Shown here piece after piece: positions 54,250 to 58,567 of a DNA stretch of 58,567 bases. How positions within the stretch are numbered: the stretch's first letter is position 1; each line of letters opens with the position of its first letter. Source of the DNA: Chloroflexota bacterium (GTDB lineage Bacteria; Chloroflexota; Anaerolineae; Anaerolineales; Villigracilaceae); NCBI GenBank assembly GCA_016866195.1, contig VGNF01000001.1:1-58567 (forward strand), read 5' to 3'. A program made the position numbers and the translations under genes. The notes under the pieces are model-generated. The model saw only the letters and a list, made by a program, of their open reading frames with translations, ran no database searches and had not been told where the DNA came from.

Positions 54250-54477
54250 ATGCCTCCACGCCCGCGCCACCCGATGCCGGAGTTCGTACGCGAGGCGCTC
54301 ACCACCCGCGGCCTGATGGACCTGTACCGCGCCCGTCCGCCATACCAGCGGAACGACTACATCGGCTGGATCACGCGCGCCAAAACCGAGGTCACACGGC
54401 AGAAACGCCTGAACCAAATGCTGGACGAACTCGAACGCGGCGGTATGTATATGAAAATGAAGTGGATGGGCAAATAA
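54250..54477 (+). CDS. YdeI/OmpD-associated family small protein
   Basis: PPYQRNDYIGWITRAKTEVTRQKRLNQMLDELERG matches the conserved C-terminal YdeI module. Confidence 0.6.
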   Translation: MPPRPRHPMPEFVREALTTRGLMDLYRARPPYQRNDYIGWITRAKTEVTRQKRLNQMLDELERGGMYMKMKWMGK

Positions 54478-54493
54478 CGTTTACAATGGGGCA

Positions 54494-55150
54494 ATGGATC
54501 AAGCGGACATCATCCAAAGAACGGCTGATCACATCGAACAGGAATTTCAAGATGATTCCTCAGGCCATGATTGGTGGCACGTTCACCGCGTATGGCGGAC
54601 TGCGCTTTTCCTGTGCGAACGCGAAAAAGCAGACGCCTTCGTGGTCCAGTTAGCCGCTCTGCTGCACGACCTCGACGATTGGAAGCTCAACCAGGATGGG
54701 GATAAAACGCCGCGCCGCGCCAGGAAATGGATGGAATCCTGTGGTGTCGACCCCAAGATCATCGAACAGGTCTGCGAGATCATCGAGCACATATCCTTCA
54801 AGGGCGCGGCGGTGGAGGAGACCATGCCCAGCCTTGAGGGAAGGATCGTGCAGGACGCCGACCGACTGGATGCCATCGGCGCCATCGGCATCGGCCGCGC
54901 CTTCGCCTTCGGCGGAACCAAGAACCGCATGATATTCGATCCCGCGTCACCACCGCGGCAGCATGCGAGCTTCGAGGAGTACAGGAGCAGTACAAGCGCC
55001 ACGATCAATCACTTTTATGAAAAATTGCTGCTTCTGAAAGATCGCATGAACACACCCACCGCGAAAAGTATCGCCGAAGCCAGACACGCAATCATGCTTC
55101 GCTATCTCGAACAATTCATGGGCGAGTGGGAGGGCAGGGACATCAAATAA
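54494..55150 (+). CDS. HD-domain phosphohydrolase
   Basis: HDWWHVHRVW...LLHDLDDWK...QDADRLDAIGAIG. Confidence 0.85.
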   Translation: MDQADIIQRTADHIEQEFQDDSSGHDWWHVHRVWRTALFLCEREKADAFVVQLAALLHDLDDWKLNQDGDKTPRRARKWMESCGVDPKIIEQVCEIIEHISFKGAAVEETMPSLEGRIVQDADRLDAIGAIGIGRAFAFGGTKNRMIFDPASPPRQHASFEEYRSSTSATINHFYEKLLLLKDRMNTPTAKSIAEARHAIMLRYLEQFMGEWEGRDIK

Positions 55151-55183
55151 AATCCCCTGCGGTGGGCAGGGGATCGTATTCTG

Positions 55184-55993
55184 TCACGGTATGGCTTCAA
55201 AGGGCAGGTTGGCGCTGATCTCGTAATCGAACGAACCCACGTTATCTGCATAACATGTGGGCGGGCCGAAAAAGAATGAGCCGTCCACAAGGCCGACGAA
55301 CAGCCTCGTGGCTGCGGCTGGAGCGACAAAGTTCTGCCGCGCTCCGGCGCTGTTGGCGCCGTCTCCGATAAAGAACACCTGCCCGATTTGCGGCTCGAGG
55401 CGCATGAACTCAACTCCAGTGGCATCCGCCGTGAAGCGGATCAGGTCCGGCGCGGGCTCCAGCGGTATGGCATCGGTGAGAAACACACCCGCCAGCGCGC
55501 CAGCCGGGCCTTCGTAACCGCTGATGCCTCCGAAGGACTCGATACCAGCCATCGAACCGTTCGGGTCGCCATCCGGTGGATAGCCCTGATCGAGCGGACC
55601 GCCATAAAAATTGATCAAGCCCGTGGCTTTGAACGTAAACTCGCTTCCCGCGCTCACGCGATACCCAGGCGGGAAGGCCTCCTGAATCACGCCACCATCA
55701 CGGCAGGAGAACACGGGAATTTCCGATGGCTCTCCGAGGGGTGGGATGGTGATGTCGCTGCGACCGGCAAGATACAATACCGGCGAAGCCCCGGTGGCTC
55801 GCACCACGCTCGTGGGTGCGGCTGCGGGAATTTGTTCCAAAGCCGGGGCCGGCGGCAGGGAAAGCCCGTATTGCCCGAGCAGTTCACTGCCCGTGTACCA
55901 CAGATACAATCCAACACAAGCCGTCAGCAGACAGCATAGAACGATCAAAACGAGCAGGATGATACCGATCCTTGAACCACGTTTTCTTTGCAT
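55184..55993 (-). CDS. membrane-anchored hypothetical protein with PA-IL/LecA-like beta-sandwich signature
   Basis: N-terminal TM anchor. GALAGVFLTD...QVFFIGDG...RLFVGLVDG...YADNVGSFDYEI resembles, from memory, the LecA-type pattern GALVMKIG...YNDVPGTYGNNSGSFSV. Confidence 0.45.
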   Translation of the reverse strand: MQRKRGSRIGIILLVLIVLCCLLTACVGLYLWYTGSELLGQYGLSLPPAPALEQIPAAAPTSVVRATGASPVLYLAGRSDITIPPLGEPSEIPVFSCRDGGVIQEAFPPGYRVSAGSEFTFKATGLINFYGGPLDQGYPPDGDPNGSMAGIESFGGISGYEGPAGALAGVFLTDAIPLEPAPDLIRFTADATGVEFMRLEPQIGQVFFIGDGANSAGARQNFVAPAAATRLFVGLVDGSFFFGPPTCYADNVGSFDYEISANLPFEAIP

Positions 55994-56226
55994 AAATCAA
56001 CCTCCTTGGCTGCTGAATTGTATCAAACTAACGATTCAAGGATCAATGCCCCCATGGTCTTATGGAGGCTGAGGTACGAGGCCTGGGTCCGCAGGGATCC
56101 CGCCAGGCTTGCTCGGCGCGGGACTTCGCGAAACATCCCCCTGGGCACGATCGTCAAAGGGCAGGTCAATGCTCGGCCAGGTCCAAAGGCCTTAGCCGAG
56201 CAGCGCAGCTACCTCGCAAGTCATGA

Positions 56227-57798
56227 TTACCTGGTTAATTTAGAAACCATCGCGTTCGGGGATTCATAGACCATAATCAGGGAGTCTGAACTGCGTACCG
56301 ATAAGCCCAGATCGCGCAGGGATTTCGCAAGGTCGCGTTCGTCATTTTCTCGGGGGATCAAAACCACCAGATAATCGTAGCCCACACCGTTGCGTATGCT
56401 CCATTCCTCGACGCATTGAACATCCGCGCAGCCCTGGAAGGCGATTAGCTCGTCGTACCACGGGAAGAAGCGCTCGCCCAATGTCCACTCCAAACCCTGC
56501 ATGGTCGTGAGACTCCTTTGGCCTGTCAGCGCGGGGAACCACTCCTGCAACGGATCGGACATGGAGTATTCACGGCCGGTGGCAAGCAGAAACATCTTTT
56601 CGCCGGAAATGTTTCCCTTTACCCATTCGATCATCTCAAGGTCGGCGCGTTTCAGGCTGGTATTGATCAACTGGAGGTCGGAGATGCCCGCCGCAAGTAC
56701 CAGGTAGGTCGTCGTCAGGCCCGGGAGCAGCAGGCGGGTCATTCGATGTCCAAATGGATCATCGGACCGGTTGAGCCGCATCCCGATCTTGTTCAAACCG
56801 ATCCCTGCCAGCATCGAAAGGGGCAGCAGGGCGATACCGCCGGCACCGCGCGGGTCGGCGAGGAACACCAGCAACGGCCAGACGGACAGAAAGTATTCGC
56901 GTTGCCGGATTTGGATCCAGGCGCCCACAGCGGCAAGCAGCAGGGCGGGGAGGAAGAGAACATTCCCCAGGTTGTCCAATTGCAGCAGCGCGAGATAAGC
57001 CTCCAGCGTGCGCTGGCTGGTCTGGCCCGCGGAGAGCAGCGGTGCAAGACCGTATCGGGAGAGGACCAGCCCCCACCAGGGCAGGGTGAGAAGGGCCACG
57101 CCCAAGCCGATAAGGGCTGCCGAAAAAACGCCGCGCCTGGTTCTCCCATAAAAAATGAAGATCAAAACACCTCCTAAAGCAGCGTGCAGCGCGGTCTGCG
57201 GATTTTTTAACACCGCGCCCGCGCCGAAGAGCATCGTGAGCACAAGCTGCCGGGGTTTATCATCTTTGAACAGGGAGATCACCTGCCACAGCATGAGCAG
57301 AAGGAAGAACATGCCCAAGGCGCGCGTGATCCCTCCGCCCATCACCTGCCACAGGAAGGCGCGCGGGGAAAGCGCGTAGATCAGGGCCGCCAGCGCCGCC
57401 TCAGAACGGGAGGGGAGGAGCGATCTGGAAAATTTGTAGAAGGCCAGGATCGAGATCGTATTGACCAGGGCCGGCAGCCAGGTCAGGACGGTCAACTCGG
57501 AGAGGTGCAGCAGGTCCGAAAGCGCGGCTGCCATGTAAAATCCCAACGGTGGGTAGGCAAAGGGAATCCCGGCTTGATTGAAGCTGGTGTACAAAGGCAG
57601 AAGGTAGCGGTTCGCCTTCAAATCCTGGATCATGACGTGAAACATACCCCCGTCGTTGAGCGGGAATCCGTTCGAGGCCGCCGGCGCAAAGCGGACAGCC
57701 GCGCCGAACACCACTGCGCTCATCAAAACCAGCGCAGGCCAGTCAGGCTTGCGATCCACAGCCACCTCATTGGACACAGGCAGATTGTACATCACCAC
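56227..57798 (-). CDS. polytopic glycosyltransferase-like membrane protein (GT39/ArnT-like fold) with C-terminal soluble domain
   Basis: 523 aa with about 11 TM segments, an early loop NDGGMFHVMIQD and PFAYPPLGFY. The assignment rests on the pattern only. Confidence 0.55.
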   Translation of the reverse strand: MVMYNLPVSNEVAVDRKPDWPALVLMSAVVFGAAVRFAPAASNGFPLNDGGMFHVMIQDLKANRYLLPLYTSFNQAGIPFAYPPLGFYMAAALSDLLHLSELTVLTWLPALVNTISILAFYKFSRSLLPSRSEAALAALIYALSPRAFLWQVMGGGITRALGMFFLLLMLWQVISLFKDDKPRQLVLTMLFGAGAVLKNPQTALHAALGGVLIFIFYGRTRRGVFSAALIGLGVALLTLPWWGLVLSRYGLAPLLSAGQTSQRTLEAYLALLQLDNLGNVLFLPALLLAAVGAWIQIRQREYFLSVWPLLVFLADPRGAGGIALLPLSMLAGIGLNKIGMRLNRSDDPFGHRMTRLLLPGLTTTYLVLAAGISDLQLINTSLKRADLEMIEWVKGNISGEKMFLLATGREYSMSDPLQEWFPALTGQRSLTTMQGLEWTLGERFFPWYDELIAFQGCADVQCVEEWSIRNGVGYDYLVVLIPRENDERDLAKSLRDLGLSVRSSDSLIMVYESPNAMVSKLTR

Positions 57799-57837
57799 GC
57801 CATGTTATACTGATTCCAAGCATTGAGGAAACAACCG

Positions 57838-58567
57838 ATGAATCACACTTCACATGGTCGTCTCACTGCGCTCTTCCTGATCGCTTCCGCGATTCTTGCC
57901 TGCGGGCAATTCAATTGGATTTCAACCGCCACTCCCGAACCGACGGAGACCGAGACTCCCTCGCCTCTCCCGATCCCATCCGATCCGGAAGCCGGCTCGG
58001 CCGGGCTGGGTGATTCGCTCTATCCCGGGTTCGGCAACGGCGGATATCAGGTGGAACACTACACGCTGGACATCACCGTGCATGACGTGTCCACGAGCGA
58101 CATGACCGCGGTGACCTCCATCGAGGCGAAGGCGACCCAGGACTTGCGCCAATTCAACCTGGATTTCATCGGCTTTGAGATCAATTCGATCACAATCGAC
58201 GAGGAGCCGGCGGAGTACGAGCGTTCCGGCCAGGAGCTGACAATCGTCCCATCCAAACCGATCGCGAACGGTCATTCCTTCGCAACGGAGATCCAGTATG
58301 CCGGATCCCCCGAACCGCTGTACTCACAGGCGCTGCCCTTCCAGACCGGCTGGGTGACCATCGAAGGCGGCAGTTTCGTGCTCAGCGAACCGGACGGCTC
58401 TGCAAGTTTCTACCCGGTGAACGACCATCCGTTGGACAAAGCAACCTACACCTTCCGCGTCACCGTCCCCAGACCGTTCGAGGTGGCAGCGAACGGCGTG
58501 CTGACCGAGACCATCGAGGAGGAGGATTCAACCACCTTCGTGTTCGAGATGCGCGATCCCATGGGGG
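57838..58567 (+). CDS. M1 family metallopeptidase (aminopeptidase N-like), N-terminal part; continues beyond the window
   Basis: My own translation gives MNHTSHGRLTALFLIASAILAC (lipobox), a Pro/Thr linker, then GDSLYPGFGNGGYQVEHYTLDITV..., the typical start of bacterial M1 peptidases. It is not in the ORF track because it is open-ended. Confidence 0.8.
   Translation, partial: MNHTSHGRLTALFLIASAILACGQFNWISTATPEPTETETPSPLPIPSDPEAGSAGLGDSLYPGFGNGGYQVEHYTLDITVHDVSTSDMTAVTSIEAKATQDLRQFNLDFIGFEINSITIDEEPAEYERSGQELTIVPSKPIANGHSFATEIQYAGSPEPLYSQALPFQTGWVTIEGGSFVLSEPDGSASFYPVNDHPLDKATYTFRVTVPRPFEVAANGVLTETIEEEDSTTFVFEMRDPMG

Noticed and set aside
55985-56005. A third copy of the 47302/50061 repeat (TTTGCATAAATC)
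   Set aside because: Only about 12 nt are shared, and the CAT is the start codon of 55184..55993. This is a chance match.

Overview
This is a 58.6-kb GC-rich bacterial chromosomal segment with about 55 protein-coding genes. I found no rRNA, tRNA or CRISPR array.

The backbone is ordinary housekeeping and envelope content:
- an ArsR-controlled sulfide-oxidation / sulfur-relay operon (SQR, DUF1641, TusE/DsrC, DsrE, TauE)
- a MacB/FtsX-type ABC pair
- hutU, holB, rsgA, a class-B PBP, maf, xpt and mutS2
- an SDR, a sulfatase and an amidase
- an OmpR/histidine-kinase pair, a SIMPL protein and an MsbA-like exporter
- an M28 and an M1 peptidase
- many Pro/Thr-linker lipoproteins

Many long ORFs in the track are antisense shadows of these GC-rich genes. 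The overall style resembles Chloroflexota/Anaerolineae, but that is inference only.

Three visibly AT-richer islets interrupt the backbone:
1. 4.9-7.4 kb is a conflict-system junkyard. It holds an orphan Rhs C-terminal toxin tip with a tightly coupled membrane-anchored immunity candidate, a decayed YD-repeat fragment and an AbiEii-like stub.
2. 36.8-39.5 kb holds a frameshifted DUF2442 gene plus an unassigned module: a lipoprotein split into two ORFs at an A_AAA_AAT slippery heptamer, followed by a polytopic membrane protein. It sits behind an A-tract promoter. This is my best candidate for an undescribed system.
3. 47.2-50.1 kb holds an MNT-HEPN toxin-antitoxin pair, a 4-TM protein and an alpha/beta hydrolase, bounded by about 60-nt imperfect direct repeats.

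Other notable non-coding signals:
- a well-supported class-I c-di-GMP (GEMM-I) riboswitch, with promoter and terminator, upstream of the secreted M28 peptidase
- a 17-unit CAATCNN heptamer array between rsgA and holB
- an identical 15-mer extended -10 promoter module used twice
- several REP-like hairpin clusters
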